64,000 nucleotides of DNA from an uncultured Alphaproteobacteria bacterium (GCA_904501925.1 CAJGCO010000001.1:58485-122484); one strand, 5' to 3'; shown: positions 9,201 through 19,200, numbered from the stretch's first letter. Made by a program: numbers and translations. The notes: generated by a model not told the origin, from the letters alone.

Positions 9201-12200
9201 CAAAACCTATAACATTACCATTTTCATCATAAACAAGATTTCTTGATTCACCTGCTTTACCAATAATATTGCCGTTTTTATCAACAATATTTCCATTTTC
9301 ATCAACTTTACCGATTATATTACCATTAGCATCTATTACATTGCCATTTTCATCTATGTAACCGATGACATTACCATCTTTATCATAGGCAATTCGAGCT
9401 GTTTTACAAGACGAACAAATTTTTTCGCCAACAGCAAATACTTCTTTTTTATTTGATATATGCCCGATAATTTTTCCATCTTTATTATAGGCGATTAAAC
9501 CATCTTTAGTATAACCAATATTTTCATTTATGTTATTTCTGATTGTTTTTCCATCTTGATCTAACTTACCTATCACATTGATTTTAGCAGATAAAACATT
9601 ACCTTTATCATCTAACACTCCTTTAACTTGTTTGTTTTGAGCATATACAATTTTATTATCAAAAACATATCCAATAACAGTGTTATCTTTATTTTGTGCA
9701 ACATTTGTTTCATAACCAATTTTTCCAATTAGATTGCCTCGTTTATCAATAACTTTATTTTTGTTATTAGTTCCAATTTCTTTTCCATTAAAGTTTTTTA
9801 CAATATTCTTTTTATCTAGATAACCAATCACATTGTTATTTTCATCAAGTGCTAGTTTTTTCTTAACGCAAGTTTTACCTAGTATTTTTTCACCTGATTT
9901 GATTATATTACCATTTGCATCAACATAACCTATAATTTTTCCAGTATGATCTCTAACTAGGCCATTTTCATCGATATAGCCAATTACGTTTCCATCTTTG
10001 TCTAGTGCTACTTTTTGAATATCGCCTGCTTTACCGATAACATTACCATTTTTATCTACAATGGTACCATCTGCTAGCATTTTACCGATTAAATTACCAT
10101 TAAAATCTTTTACCAAACCATTTTCATCAATATAACCAATTACATTACCATCTTTATCGTATGCTAAGCGACGTGTTGGTGCGGCCTTTCCTATAATTTC
10201 ACCACTTGTTCCAATAACATTACCTTGCTCGTCTACTATTCCAATAACTTTACCATTGGCGTCTATTACTTGTCCTTTTTCATTAACGTATCCGATAATA
10301 TTACCATTTTCATCAACGGCTAACATTCCGTAATCACCGGCTTTACCAATAATTTTTCCACTAGCATCTACAATATTACCATCTTTATCAACTTTACCGA
10401 TAACATTACCATTAAAGTCTTTAACAGTACCATCTTCATCTATATACCCGATTACATTACCATCTTTATCGTATGCTAAACGACGTGATAAATTAGCTTT
10501 TCCTAAAATTTTTCCATCTGTTCCAATAATATTACCATTTTCATCTACATAGCCTTTTATTTGACCATCTTTACCAATTATTCTACCTTTTTCATCTACA
10601 TACCCCATTACATTACCATCTTTATCAAATGCTAATGTTGCGTAGTCGCCAGCTTTTCCAATAATGTTACCATTTTTATCTATAATATTACCATCTTTAT
10701 CAACTTTACCTATTATATTACCTTCAAAATCAATAACATTACCATTTTCATCTATATAACCAATTGGTTTACCATCTTTTCCAAGAGCTAAACGGCGTTG
10801 TTGGGTTGTTGGTTCACCTGAAGTACTTACTATGTTTCCATTTTCATCAACTACGCCTATTTGTTTACCATTTTTATCAAAAACACGACCATTTTCATCT
10901 ATGTAACCAATTACATTTCCATCTTTATCTAATGCAAGTTTTCCATAAGCTCCAGCTTTACCAATAATATTGCCGTTTTTATCAACAATATTACCGTCTT
11001 TATCAACTTTACCTATTATGTTTCCATCAAAATCAATAACGTTACCATCTTTATCTACATAACCTATTACATTACCATCTTTATCGTATGCTAAACGACG
11101 AGATGCGCCTACTTTACCAATAATTTCTTTATCTTTTTCTAAATCATCAAATTTTACAATTTTTCCATTTTCATCAATATAGCCAATTGCCTTGCCATTT
11201 TCATCATATACAAGTTTTCGGCTATCACCATTGGAACCTATTTTTTCATTTGATGTTCTGTAAACATTGCCGTTCTCGTCAACATAACCGATAATATTAC
11301 CATCCTTATCAACGACACTATTATCAGGCATAACAACACCTATAACGTTACCATTTTCATCGACAACGACGTTACCTGAAGAGGTTACTCTTCCTATTAT
11401 ATTACCATTTGCATCAACAACTTCACCATTAGCATTAAGACGGCCAATAACTTTTTTGCTATCATTTATATCAACAACTGTACCATCTGGCAAAACACGA
11501 CCAATTATTCTACCGTTTTCATCATACACAAATCCAGCTTCAACAACATTTCCTATAACATTACCATCTTTATCGACTATCGTACCATCGGGAAGTGCTC
11601 GACCAATAACCTCGCCTTTAGAATTAACAACAGTTCCATCTGCTTGGACGTAACCAATGAAATTGCCATCTTTATCATAAGCTAAACGTAAATTTTGTGC
11701 TACACCAATGATTTCGCCGTTTTCATTTACAATCATACCATTTTCATCTACTCGGCCAATTATATTACCATTTTCATCAAATACTAAGCCGTTTTCATCA
11801 ATATAACCGATAATTTCGCCATTAGGACCAATAGCTAAACGACGAGATGAAGAGCCACCAGTTACATCAATAGAACAATCTTTTGAACCAGAACATTTTG
11901 ATGCAGCATCTTCTGGATATACAGCACTTCCCCTGATGCTTATAACTTTTGACTTGGCACTAGATTTATCTAATCTTGTTTCATACCAAGTTATCTTAAA
12001 GTTGTTTTGCATATTACCAGGTAGGTGTGGTGTCCAGCTTATTTCTATTTCGCAACTTTCGTCTCCTCGCAAATCGCGATTTTTACATTTATTTCTAAAA
12101 TCAAAACCATCTTCGGTTTCAGCAACTAATTCTACTTTATCTATGTGTATACTCTCAGAACCATCTGTGCTTATTGTTATAATACTTTGATTAATAGCAT

Positions 12201-12498
12201 CTACACCCAATGTAAATGTTCTCATATTTACTTCTTCTGGTGTTACAACGATGAGTTCTTTTCGATCTGTTATTAAACTATCTTCAGGAGTGATTTCAAC
12301 ATCACTTTCATTGTATATATTAGGAACAATGCTTTGATTTTCAACAAATTCAGGTTCTTCACTTTCTGGATCTTGTACCTCGTTGTTGATTGATATTACT
12401 AATAAGCCAAATAGGAATAATACAAATGCTATTATTCCCATAATGACAAATATCATACGTGTCTTTTTTTCATATTCCTCAAAACGCGTTTCGCTCAT
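6226..12498 (-). CDS. Giant (2090 aa) membrane-anchored repeat protein of unknown function, encoded between virB9 and virB10
   Basis: A single uninterrupted ORF. Its ATG overlaps the virB9 stop (ATGA at 12495-12498). Its stop at 6226-6228 lies between the virB10 RBS (GGAGGA) and the candidate TTG start at 6224. It has an N-terminal TM helix (MIFVIMGIIAFVLFLFGLLVISI), then an Ig-like-looking segment (aa about 85-195, with Cys residues), then repeats to the C-terminus. Confidence 0.85.
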   Translation of the reverse strand: MSETRFEEYEKKTRMIFVIMGIIAFVLFLFGLLVISINNEVQDPESEEPEFVENQSIVPNIYNESDVEITPEDSLITDRKELIVVTPEEVNMRTFTLGVDAINQSIITISTDGSESIHIDKVELVAETEDGFDFRNKCKNRDLRGDESCEIEISWTPHLPGNMQNNFKITWYETRLDKSSAKSKVISIRGSAVYPEDAASKCSGSKDCSIDVTGGSSSRRLAIGPNGEIIGYIDENGLVFDENGNIIGRVDENGMIVNENGEIIGVAQNLRLAYDKDGNFIGYVQADGTVVNSKGEVIGRALPDGTIVDKDGNVIGNVVEAGFVYDENGRIIGRVLPDGTVVDINDSKKVIGRLNANGEVVDANGNIIGRVTSSGNVVVDENGNVIGVVMPDNSVVDKDGNIIGYVDENGNVYRTSNEKIGSNGDSRKLVYDENGKAIGYIDENGKIVKFDDLEKDKEIIGKVGASRRLAYDKDGNVIGYVDKDGNVIDFDGNIIGKVDKDGNIVDKNGNIIGKAGAYGKLALDKDGNVIGYIDENGRVFDKNGKQIGVVDENGNIVSTSGEPTTQQRRLALGKDGKPIGYIDENGNVIDFEGNIIGKVDKDGNIIDKNGNIIGKAGDYATLAFDKDGNVMGYVDEKGRIIGKDGQIKGYVDENGNIIGTDGKILGKANLSRRLAYDKDGNVIGYIDEDGTVKDFNGNVIGKVDKDGNIVDASGKIIGKAGDYGMLAVDENGNIIGYVNEKGQVIDANGKVIGIVDEQGNVIGTSGEIIGKAAPTRRLAYDKDGNVIGYIDENGLVKDFNGNLIGKMLADGTIVDKNGNVIGKAGDIQKVALDKDGNVIGYIDENGLVRDHTGKIIGYVDANGNIIKSGEKILGKTCVKKKLALDENNNVIGYLDKKNIVKNFNGKEIGTNNKNKVIDKRGNLIGKIGYETNVAQNKDNTVIGYVFDNKIVYAQNKQVKGVLDDKGNVLSAKINVIGKLDQDGKTIRNNINENIGYTKDGLIAYNKDGKIIGHISNKKEVFAVGEKICSSCKTARIAYDKDGNVIGYIDENGNVIDANGNIIGKVDENGNIVDKNGNIIGKAGESRNLVYDENGNVIGFVDENGIVRNLKGEEIGFVDENGNVISKTDEIIGTAGKKARLAYDENGNVIGYVGEDGKVYDFNGNVIGQVNPDGTITDKNGKVIGKVGEAKTLALDKDGNVIGYIDDDGKVYSQDGKLIGYVDENGNIIGLTGEKIGSAKETRRLAYDKDGNVIGYVDENGNVMDFEGNLIGYLGEDGVIHDVNGNVIGYAGDYQTVALDENGNVIGYVNELGQVIGKNGEIIGIVDENGNVIGVNGEIIGRVSPKTSGDLNIAKRRAVLDANGNVIGYIDENGIARDFNGNIIGKLDKNGNIVDANGNIIGKAGDIMEFVVDSKGNIKGLVGGYSNLAVDANGNVIGYIASNGKVYNFDGISIGFIDENGNVISSKGIKIGAVVNKDLIAISPAGYSLGAINNKGEIVNAKQEVIGQVLPNNLIKAKENNVIIGKAVMGGLAVSWGCRNLGYVDKDGKVKKDGKDTQYRMLFDRSIVDEKGRYVGDVALMGPVRDNKCNLIGQAKSDGFVINSAGQRVGCVNPEGKVLNAKGELIGRVYEPSFALYYNGDNLGVIGSDGKIKSGMQTIGCANIDGEVTNIDGFVIGKVIDKKQLFDNNGQYLGDISPYGYDSQSIMPNTTIMLNDYIVNNKKEIVAHLFNEKTSVIGANGNIIGRLFYDGYIYNSKGAAVDKISYGINGFYSNKVGNILPKGNVVDFYGDYIGFVNDNGDVIDYKGNIKGHIDALGQMFDEKGLYKGSVVKTGIGMGYDGSYLGYVTKSGKVIDVDGQISGIVSSDGHILNLNKKIIGEVIKEDFVIDTLGDVKGYVNSLGDVINDENKVETTILPGGSSNKNYSLLKRGTVVDFSGSIIGVVDASGRVISKNKEIIGKVLNTSKVIDSKGNLIGELIDDGIVVNTSDKVVGYVNSEGKLTDNDKNIIGKLISSNLVVDNNGKIIGHTYKIGANILSNDGKYSGRVSPTGEVLSITNGKIGYLKSNGAYVNTKNKVSGYVLEEVAQNRRN
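6229..11847 (-). repeat. Coding array, roughly 150-180 units by eye, of a 10-11 aa motif (D/N)-x-(D/N)-G-x-(I/V)-(I/L)-G-x-(V/I)
   Basis: Example: RRLAYDKDGNVIGYVDKDGNVIDFDGNIIGKVDKDGNIVDKNGNIIGKAG. The array runs from RRLAIGPNGEIIGYIDENG (aa about 219) to the stop. The C-terminal half is more degenerate. Confidence 0.85.
8400..11110 (-). repeat. Higher-order tandem super-repeat of about 305-315 bp (about 100-105 aa, about 9 short units each), 9-10 copies
   Basis: The (R/K)RLAYDKDGNVIGY landmark recurs on the DNA near 11095, 10790, 10480, 10165, 9860, 9385, 9075, 8770 and 8440. Copies share long near-identical stretches such as attaccatctttatcgtatgctaaacgacg. Confidence 0.7.
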
Positions 12499-14351
12499 CG
12501 TATCCTAACCACACTACAAATAATACCATTTACCCCTAATTGACTACATATTCTATCTCCGTCTTCTATTGTACGAATTGGGCCTACTCTTAAATGAAAC
12601 ACCTCTCTACCTTGACCATCAGCAGGTGTGTCTACAGAATAGAATGGTTCATATTTTCCTATAACTGCAGGATAGTTTTTAGAGATATCAGACCATAATC
12701 TCTCTAAATTATTTATATTTTGATCAGTACCTAACTCTATTGATATTGAACTATTATCTTGAACTGATTGTTTTACTTTGTTTTGTTTAAAAGATGATAA
12801 TATATCTCTTGTTTTTGGTGTCATTAGTATATCATCATCAGGTATTGTATTATTTTGTATTGTGTTTTTGTTTGTTAAATTAGATGAATTAATGTTTTCA
12901 ACTTCATGATTTATAATATCTGCTCCATTTTTTACATCATCTTGAAGACTTTCTATACTTTCTGAAGATGTGTATTCTGGAACTATGATTACTCCATCTC
13001 CAACATTTAATTTAACTTGTTCTACAGGGGCTTTTTCTGGACTGATTGATTCACCTACAATTGGAACAACCTTTGGAATATCATTCACATTGGGAACATT
13101 TTTAGTTATTTTGCTATATTCCTCCAATATTTCTTCAACATTCTTCATTTCATTGCTGTCATTTTTCTTATTTTTATTATCTTTTTTGAAAAAGGAATCG
13201 AACCAACCTTCTTCTTCCTCTGTATCTGCTACACCTTCTGAATAATAAACATCATTTATATCTTTTTCAGAGATGTTTTCATTAGATGTTTTTTCGTTTG
13301 TATCTCTTTGAGAGGCGTATCTATTTTGTACATCCCATTCATTACTTGGAGCATAAACAGCATTTTCTAAACCATCTGTGTCTGCTCTGCGTAATTTTAA
13401 GCAAACCATACGTTTTCCTGAACGTAATACCATATCACCCATTCCCTCAACAATAATCAATCTATTGTTTGGGCCAGCTGCTCTAAAACCAACTGGGGTT
13501 TCTGAACGTTCTACAATTAGAGTAACAATAGGACGTTGAACTGCTGTTAGTGATTTTTCTCCTAAATCAATATATGTAAATATATTATCACGCCATACAC
13601 GCTCTGGAGCAATAATAATATCATCTGGATTTGGAACATATACTTCAATATCAAATCTAAATTGTGTTGGGTCTACTGGTATCTTTTGTATCCAATCTTC
13701 CTTTTGCAAATTACTTGTGTATGTCATTGCTCCACTATTTGTAGAACCACCATTTCCACCTTGATAGCCTGAAGATAAATTATTACCTGATGCGCCACCC
13801 TTGTTATTTTCTAATACTTCAATATCGATAATTGCATTGGTAATTCTATCTGTGTTAAATGTTTCACTTTGCATATAAAATACATACTTATTGCCTGAAC
13901 GACCAAAAACAATCATATTAGTATCTACACCAACAAAACTAGACGCATTTGGATATACTAAAAGGCTAGTTGGACCATTAATTTCTGCTTGAAAAGACTT
14001 TGTATCACCGATGTAAACATTTTCGATTATTTCCCAATTTGGAAAATTAATAAGTGTATACATACCTTCACGCACTCTTAATGGTAAAACTAAATCAGGT
14101 GTCCAATAATATTTAGTATAGCCAGGACGAGTTTGACCTTCACCCATATGTTGAAGAGGATCTTTCCACGCACTTTGTATCATACCTAAAGATCCACCAC
14201 CACCTAAGTAATTTAGGTTTGTAGATGCATAATTGCCTTGACTTTGGTCAGCACTCTGATCAAGTGTATCTTTGGTTACTTGAGCATTTACGGCAGTAGC
14301 AACCACTGACATAAGTAAAACAACTGATAGTATTTTATACATTTTAATCAT
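12495..14351 (-). CDS. virB9: VirB9/TrbG/CagX-family outer-membrane core protein (618 aa) with a long low-complexity linker and a C-terminal SPOR-like domain
   Basis: Signal peptide MIKMYKILSVVLLMSVVATAVNA. The VirB9-like N- and C-domains include YYWTPDLVLPLRVREGMYTLINFP, MIVFGRSGNKYVFYM, RFDIEVYV and PIVTLIVERSETPVGFR..MVLRSGKRMVCLKLRR. The last 84 aa (nt 12498-12749) read SISIELGTDQNINNLERLWSDISKNYPAVIGKYEPFYSVDTPADGQGREVFHLRVGPIRTIEDGDRICSQLGVNGIICSVVRIR, which fits the SPOR pattern. Confidence 0.85.
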   Translation of the reverse strand: MIKMYKILSVVLLMSVVATAVNAQVTKDTLDQSADQSQGNYASTNLNYLGGGGSLGMIQSAWKDPLQHMGEGQTRPGYTKYYWTPDLVLPLRVREGMYTLINFPNWEIIENVYIGDTKSFQAEINGPTSLLVYPNASSFVGVDTNMIVFGRSGNKYVFYMQSETFNTDRITNAIIDIEVLENNKGGASGNNLSSGYQGGNGGSTNSGAMTYTSNLQKEDWIQKIPVDPTQFRFDIEVYVPNPDDIIIAPERVWRDNIFTYIDLGEKSLTAVQRPIVTLIVERSETPVGFRAAGPNNRLIIVEGMGDMVLRSGKRMVCLKLRRADTDGLENAVYAPSNEWDVQNRYASQRDTNEKTSNENISEKDINDVYYSEGVADTEEEEGWFDSFFKKDNKNKKNDSNEMKNVEEILEEYSKITKNVPNVNDIPKVVPIVGESISPEKAPVEQVKLNVGDGVIIVPEYTSSESIESLQDDVKNGADIINHEVENINSSNLTNKNTIQNNTIPDDDILMTPKTRDILSSFKQNKVKQSVQDNSSISIELGTDQNINNLERLWSDISKNYPAVIGKYEPFYSVDTPADGQGREVFHLRVGPIRTIEDGDRICSQLGVNGIICSVVRIR

Positions 14352-14368
14352 AACGCTAACCCTAACCT

Positions 14369-15127
14369 TTAGTTATTAACTCTTTTCTCTTGTTTATAAT
14401 CAACAACAGTAAACCCTAATGGATTTTTTAACCTCTCACCGAATCTAACCTTTTTAGATCTATATTGAATTCTAACGTTTGCGACCCAAACACTTACTCT
14501 TGGGCTTTCATAACTTGGAGCCATATCTTCTACACGAAATTCTATTTGCCACCAAGGAGCACCTTCACCGCCAACCTCTGTAACTGATGCAATTTTTATA
14601 CTACGGGTAATATTATACTGACGTATTAATTTTAGAGTTGGTTCTGCAAAACCTTCTCTAAAACGCTTAAACACTGCAGGAGAAGATAATTCTCTAATTT
14701 TACCTTCTGCACCCCAACGACGCTCCATTTCATCAATATCCCCAACAAATGTGTTGTATAACAAAATATATTCTCTAACAAAAAGCTCTGTTAAATATTT
14801 TTGATTATACAAATCTTTAATTGGAATTATATTATACACTTGCTCACCTTTATCAGCAAATGTGAACAAATATGGAGCCACTCTATATAGTGGTGTTATA
14901 GCAACCATAACATATAACAGCATGAGATTACAACACATGCTAACGGCAAAAATTATAGCAAATGCACGAGCTGTCCATAAATATCTTTTTTCTGTTGCGT
15001 TTTCAACAACAACATCAGCTCTAGATGCTTTACGTCTAGCAGGCTGAGGCTCGGGAGCTCTTTTTACTCCACCTCTACCTTCTATAAGTAATTGCTTTGT
15101 ATTTTCTGCTGATATTTGCTCTGTCAT
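14369..15127 (-). CDS. virB8: T4SS protein VirB8 (copy 1)
   Basis: Bitopic: an N-terminal cytoplasmic tail and a single TM (AFAIIFAVSMCCNLMLLYVMVAI). The periplasmic NTF2-like part ends in the typical RLKNPLGFTVVDYK. Confidence 0.85.
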   Translation of the reverse strand: MTEQISAENTKQLLIEGRGGVKRAPEPQPARRKASRADVVVENATEKRYLWTARAFAIIFAVSMCCNLMLLYVMVAITPLYRVAPYLFTFADKGEQVYNIIPIKDLYNQKYLTELFVREYILLYNTFVGDIDEMERRWGAEGKIRELSSPAVFKRFREGFAEPTLKLIRQYNITRSIKIASVTEVGGEGAPWWQIEFRVEDMAPSYESPRVSVWVANVRIQYRSKKVRFGERLKNPLGFTVVDYKQEKRVNN

Positions 15128-15143
15128 AAATTACCCCTACACT

Positions 15144-15332
15144 TTAAACAGATGCATTAAACCAATCTGGCAATGTCTTAGGTAATTCTACTTCAATACA
15201 TGCACAAGGTGAAAGTTTTAATTCATATACGTCTTTACCTACGCCAACTGGCTCTGGCTCATAGTAGCTACCCAACATGTTACAAGCAGCCAAAACAGCT
15301 ATTATCATAAATAGAAATATCTTTTTTAACAT
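15144..15332 (-). CDS. virB7: Small lipoprotein in the VirB7 position
   Basis: 62 aa with a lipobox (AVLAAC). It sits between two virB8 paralogs, as RvhB7 does in Rickettsiales. There is no family-specific sequence motif beyond size, lipobox and position. Confidence 0.55.
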   Translation of the reverse strand: MLKKIFLFMIIAVLAACNMLGSYYEPEPVGVGKDVYELKLSPCACIEVELPKTLPDWFNASV

Positions 15333-15478
15333 ACGACCTCACTAAAAATTGTAGATACTATGATTTTATATTTAAAACTTTTATTTTTAAAAGTCTAACG
15401 AGAAAATCAAATGCACCTACTTATCAACAGGCTAAATCGAGTTATATGCATTTTAACATTAAAATATTTAATTTTTTT

Positions 15479-16234
15479 TTAATATTCCCCTTCAACTTCA
15501 CTTTGGAAATATTTATGAACAACAAAGCCTAAAGGATTTATTAAACGACGAAAAGAGGTTCTTCTATTTACATCAATATAGCTACGAACGTTTGCTGTCC
15601 AATAACGCTCTTTTACTATTGGTTCCACTGTAGTTTTAACAGCATAGTCTTTATTATAAAATGTGTATTCATATGTTTTAAACTCTACTTTCCAGGTATT
15701 ACTTTTACTACCACCGGTTCTTTCTACTGATAATATTTCAACGGAACGGCTTGATTGGTTATCTTCCATCTCTTGTTTTAACTTTGGATACTCTTGAGCA
15801 AATTCTTTATATACCTTATAAGATGAAAGATAGGAAACTAAACCACCCCACTCCCAGCGATTTGTCATTTCTTTATCGTCTCTAATATATGTATTTCTCA
15901 TTTCAACATATTGTTTCATGAAGTTAATCATCATATTTTCTCGCGACTCCATATATCTATCAATATGTTCTTTTTTAACTAAAGAATTAGAATCATACAT
16001 TGGAGTAAAAACCTGTGCGTCAACCAAAATCTCAGGAGCTAGCTTGGTTATGGATAATGTTAAACAAACCATAGCTAAAATAGAAATTGTTGCTAAGAAA
16101 GTCATAAAAACACTTACACATTTGTAATATATAACTTTTATGTTCTGAACTGATACAACTTCTTGGGTTATGAAATCAGGTGTTTTATTATTTGATGTTA
16201 TTTTAAGTATTTTCTGATTTTCAAGGTTCTCCAT
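15479..16234 (-). CDS. virB8: T4SS protein VirB8 (copy 2, divergent paralog)
   Basis: Same architecture as copy 1. One TM (VFMTFLATISILAMVCLTLSI) and a C-terminal RLINPLGFVVHKYFQSE. Confidence 0.8.
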   Translation of the reverse strand: MENLENQKILKITSNNKTPDFITQEVVSVQNIKVIYYKCVSVFMTFLATISILAMVCLTLSITKLAPEILVDAQVFTPMYDSNSLVKKEHIDRYMESRENMMINFMKQYVEMRNTYIRDDKEMTNRWEWGGLVSYLSSYKVYKEFAQEYPKLKQEMEDNQSSRSVEILSVERTGGSKSNTWKVEFKTYEYTFYNKDYAVKTTVEPIVKERYWTANVRSYIDVNRRTSFRRLINPLGFVVHKYFQSEVEGEY

Positions 16235-16246
16235 TTATAACAACTC

Positions 16247-19200
16247 CTAATATACTGGACAATATGGGGCAACTTTGGATTGGTTATCCATTGCTACAAG
16301 AGCTTCTTCTACCATTTCAAGACTTGCTTTCCTATCTATTGCAGACTTGTAAATTGCCTCTTTTGTTACAACATCAGCACCATCACCTGGTTTTATTTCT
16401 AACTCCTCATTGCTATCAGCTTCAAGAGCTTTTATTAAACTTTCTAATTCTTCAATACGATCTTTAACCATATTTTTCTCTTTTCTTTTGAGACCATCTA
16501 AAGCATTAGCTAATGCTTTTTTAGCTTCATTTAATTTTTGAGCTTTTGCAGTATTTAGAGTACAGAATATTGTTTCATAAGTGCTCTTTTTAGTTGATGA
16601 ACGATTACAAATGCTTTCTTTTACTTCTTTTTTATCAGAAGAATTAGATGCTAACCCATTTGTATCCATAATATGGTCTAGACATGCTTGTGTTTTTTCA
16701 TCACCTTCTAGCTCTTGTTCTATATCGCTAACCACTAAATCATTTTCATGTATTGTAGAACATAGTTGTTTTACTTTTTCCTCTATGGATAGTCTACTCT
16801 GATTCATGTTCTTTCTAGTATTGTTTTCCATATCTAGAACATTTAGGAAGCGTCCCATAACATTGTTTGTATACATAATACTTAAAGCCATTTGGTTTTC
16901 AATGTTATTTTTGGTATCCTTAGAAGTTAAGCGTTTACCACTGGTATGTATTGGTCTACGATATGCAATTTTCTTATTATGTTTTTTTACGAATTGTGTT
17001 AATTCGCTGATATTTTTATATATTGGTCTATTTTGAGCTTTCTTAAACTCTTTAATATACCCTTTGTTTTTATTTTTACTGATACTCTTATTTGAGTTGT
17101 AATCAGATAAATTATGCTTTATGTATTGATTTGATAAGCTTACATCATAACAATTATTATTTACAGTTCCTGCAAGGACATTATTTTTAATATAATCTAA
17201 ATTACCAACTTTATCTGCGTCTTCAACGTCAACTATAGTATTTCCAATTTTACATGGATATACGCCTGCACGATTTATTGTTACGTGTACTTCATCTTCG
17301 TCAAATTTATCAAGATATTTTAACAAACGAGTTGAATCATAAGATCTCTCTGTAAATGTTTGTTGATATTTACCATCATTTCTTAAATTTGGTCTAGCCA
17401 ATAGATAACGCCATACCTCTGGTAAAATTTCAATATCTTCACCTGGATATTTTTCTTCTAGTAAAACAGAGATGGCTGGGATTGCATCTGAGACTGCTTT
17501 TTTAGATGGGATATTATCATAATCAACAGATGAGAAATAGAACGCTTCACGAAGTGGTGGAATGTTTGCCAAAGGCGCTTTTGGAGCCTTATAATCACAT
17601 CCATCGTGTTTATTTGCATCTTGACCGTATACGCAATGATCAAAACTTGCTTGTTTGAATAATCCTCGGGCTGGAATTGATGCAAAGTATTCTGTATCTG
17701 TTGTTATTAAACTATCATCAATAACACCAAATACTTTGCGCAAATCTATACCTGCTTCAGATAGTTTTTGTTTATTGGCTGCTTTTGGTGTTATGATATC
17801 ATTTATCATCTTTTTGTGACCCATGGTAATTTTAGCATTTTCATCATTATCACCATATAGTGTCATATCCATATAATCTATGCTACATCCACCAGGAATG
17901 TGCTCACCACCTTCGCCAAGTACGCATAATTTGTTTTCTGCCCAATTATTTACTATATCATTTGCTTTTTCTACTTCTGAAGCTGCTATTTTATCAGCAT
18001 CCTCAATTTTATCGGCAATTCTTGCTGTGGCAATTTTTATGATATTGTCTTTTACCTTTTCAATTATCTTATTAGCAGAGTAAAGACTTGGATCTAAGTA
18101 TTTTCCATCACCAATATCAAGTCTTTCGCTAATATATATTTTATCTGGCAATCCTAATGAGTTCTTAAAATTATTACCCAGTGATGTTAGTTTACTATTA
18201 GTAAACCAAGTACTTTCGATACTTTCTTTAATGAAATCACTATCGCTTAATTTTGTTGAACTATCAATTTTTCTTCTATTTTCTAGAACAAGTAAAATTG
18301 TTGATGATAAATCATTTGTAGTATGAGAACCTCTTTTTCCCTTCATTCTTTTTACATCATCATCATCTGAATATTCAACAAACTCTTCAAACTTCTTGTT
18401 TGATTTTTCAATATTGTCTTGTGCCTCTTCTGCTACATCAACATAATCTTCTGCAAATTTTTCGGCTAATTGTTTTAATCTTTCTTCTAATTTAAGAAGA
18501 TCATCCCTACTGCTCTTTAATAAACTATCGTAGCTTTTTATTTGAGAACCATAACTTTTGATTTTTGAATTAGCATAGTCAATAGTTATATATTTCTCGC
18601 TTTCGGTATCTTCTTTAATACAGATTTTCTTACCCAAACGCCCACTTTCTAGTTTAGTACATAAACTATTCTCTTGTTGTGAGGATTTAGTAATTCTATC
18701 TATATTGAATTTGTTAAGTGATATTTTTCTATTATTACCATTTATGTCTTGAATTACACCCAATCTGCCTTTTAATATTTCTTTTTGTAGTTTTTTATTA
18801 CTATCTTCAAGCATATCATTATCTTTACCAAGTTTTTCTACCATACTTTTAGATTTGGATAGTCTTGATATTATATCATTTTTCTTAGTGGTCAAACTAT
18901 CAACTGTTTTCGACCAACTTTTTCTATTTTTAGCAATTTTTTCTTTCTTATTTTCTGCAGCCGTTTTATTATTTAAGTAGTTATTTATCACTTTTGTTAT
19001 TTTTTTGTTTTCTTTAACTCTTTTTGTCTTCACGTCTTCTAGTTTATCAAGAGCTATTATTCTTCCCTTTGATTGGCCAAATGAATACATGTTTCTAGCT
19101 TGAGCATCTGTTGAGCCACCACATCTACCTAAAACAGTTGGGAAGAATTTTCGTACAAGGAAATTAACAGTAAAGTTCCAAGTTCCGGCACAACTCTCTG

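Noticed and set aside
8400-11110. Regular periodicity of about 310 bp that could superficially suggest a CRISPR-like or satellite array.
   Set aside because: The periodicity lies entirely inside one intact reading frame, and the spacers between landmarks are themselves homologous. It is a protein-coding super-repeat, not repeat-spacer architecture.
2515-12190. Plus-strand track ORFs inside the giant genes: 2515-2892, 3042-3374, 5660-5944, 6323-6730, 7832-8398, 10764-10967, 11456-11653 and 11936-12190.
   Set aside because: They are antisense shadows of long, well-supported minus-strand ORFs. Their translations are low-complexity (P/S/L/I/F-rich) mirrors of the repeats, and they lack RBS or family motifs.
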